Shown here: positions 33,525-33,710 of the stretch, piece after piece
Position numbering within the stretch: the stretch's first letter is position 1
Layout of the letters: every line of letters starts with the position of its first letter
NCBI RefSeq assembly: GCF_004010195.1
Contig: NW_025213909.1
Span: 1-33,710, forward strand
Source: Chiloscyllium plagiosum
Taxonomy: Eukaryota
DNA length: 33,710 nt
Direction of reading: 5' to 3'
Position numbers and translations under genes: made by a program
Notes under the pieces: model-generated
Told to the model about the DNA's origin: nothing
The model's input: only the letters and a program-made list of their open reading frames with translations
Databases searched by the model: none

Positions 33525-33710
33525 AGTGAGGACTGCAGATGCTGGAGATCAGAGATGAAAATGTGTTGCTGGAAAAGCGTAGCAGGTCAGGCAGCATCCA
33601 GGGAACAGGAGAATCGACGTTTCGGGCATAAGCCCGTCTTCAGGAATGAGGAAAGTTTGTCCAGCAGGCTAAGGTAAAAGGTAGGGAGGAGGGACTTGGG
33701 GGAGGGGCGT
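33525..33710 (-). mobile_element. Young-looking Penelope-type repeat terminus (runs off the window)
   Basis: Minus strand …cctgaagacgggcttatgcccgaaacgtcgattctcctgttccctggatgctgcctgacctgctacgcttttccagcaacac…ctccagcatctgcagtcctcact. Confidence 0.8.
33612..33647 (-). ncRNA. Minimal hammerhead-ribozyme-like motif
   Basis: Minus strand CTGAAGA-C-GGGC(TTAT)GCCC-GAAA-CGTC: intact core boxes with a perfect 4-bp stem II. Confidence 0.6.

Overview
Repeat-rich vertebrate genomic DNA, most likely a cartilaginous fish (shark; the terminal repeat looks like bamboo/carpet-shark families, inferred from recall of repeat sequences), from a gapped assembly (N runs at 9482-9663 and 11365-11809). The one host gene is a minus-strand GPR139-like class A GPCR of the shark-expanded type. 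Its main coding exon is at 11186-12513, and a matching short first exon (…YYPILAIVGVP|GTGAGT) lies ~14.9 kb away at 27451-~27625. Both exons carry indels or stops, so this is a pseudogene or an error-laden assembly. The rest is a ~7.8 kb C-rich ~35-bp satellite with higher-order blocks, a long (CT)-rich/(GA)-rich tract, 40-bp and 65-bp minisatellites, and many decayed retroelements: CR1-type LINEs, a Rex1/Babar-type LINE, SINEs, two related solo-LTR-like elements and Penelope-like elements. One Penelope-like element has a perfect 13-bp target-site duplication, an inverted terminal repeat and a minimal hammerhead-ribozyme core. I found no convincing evidence of a wholly new system. The best leads are the split, lesioned GPCR, the hammerhead-bearing Penelope pieces and a weak V-segment/RSS-like remnant.
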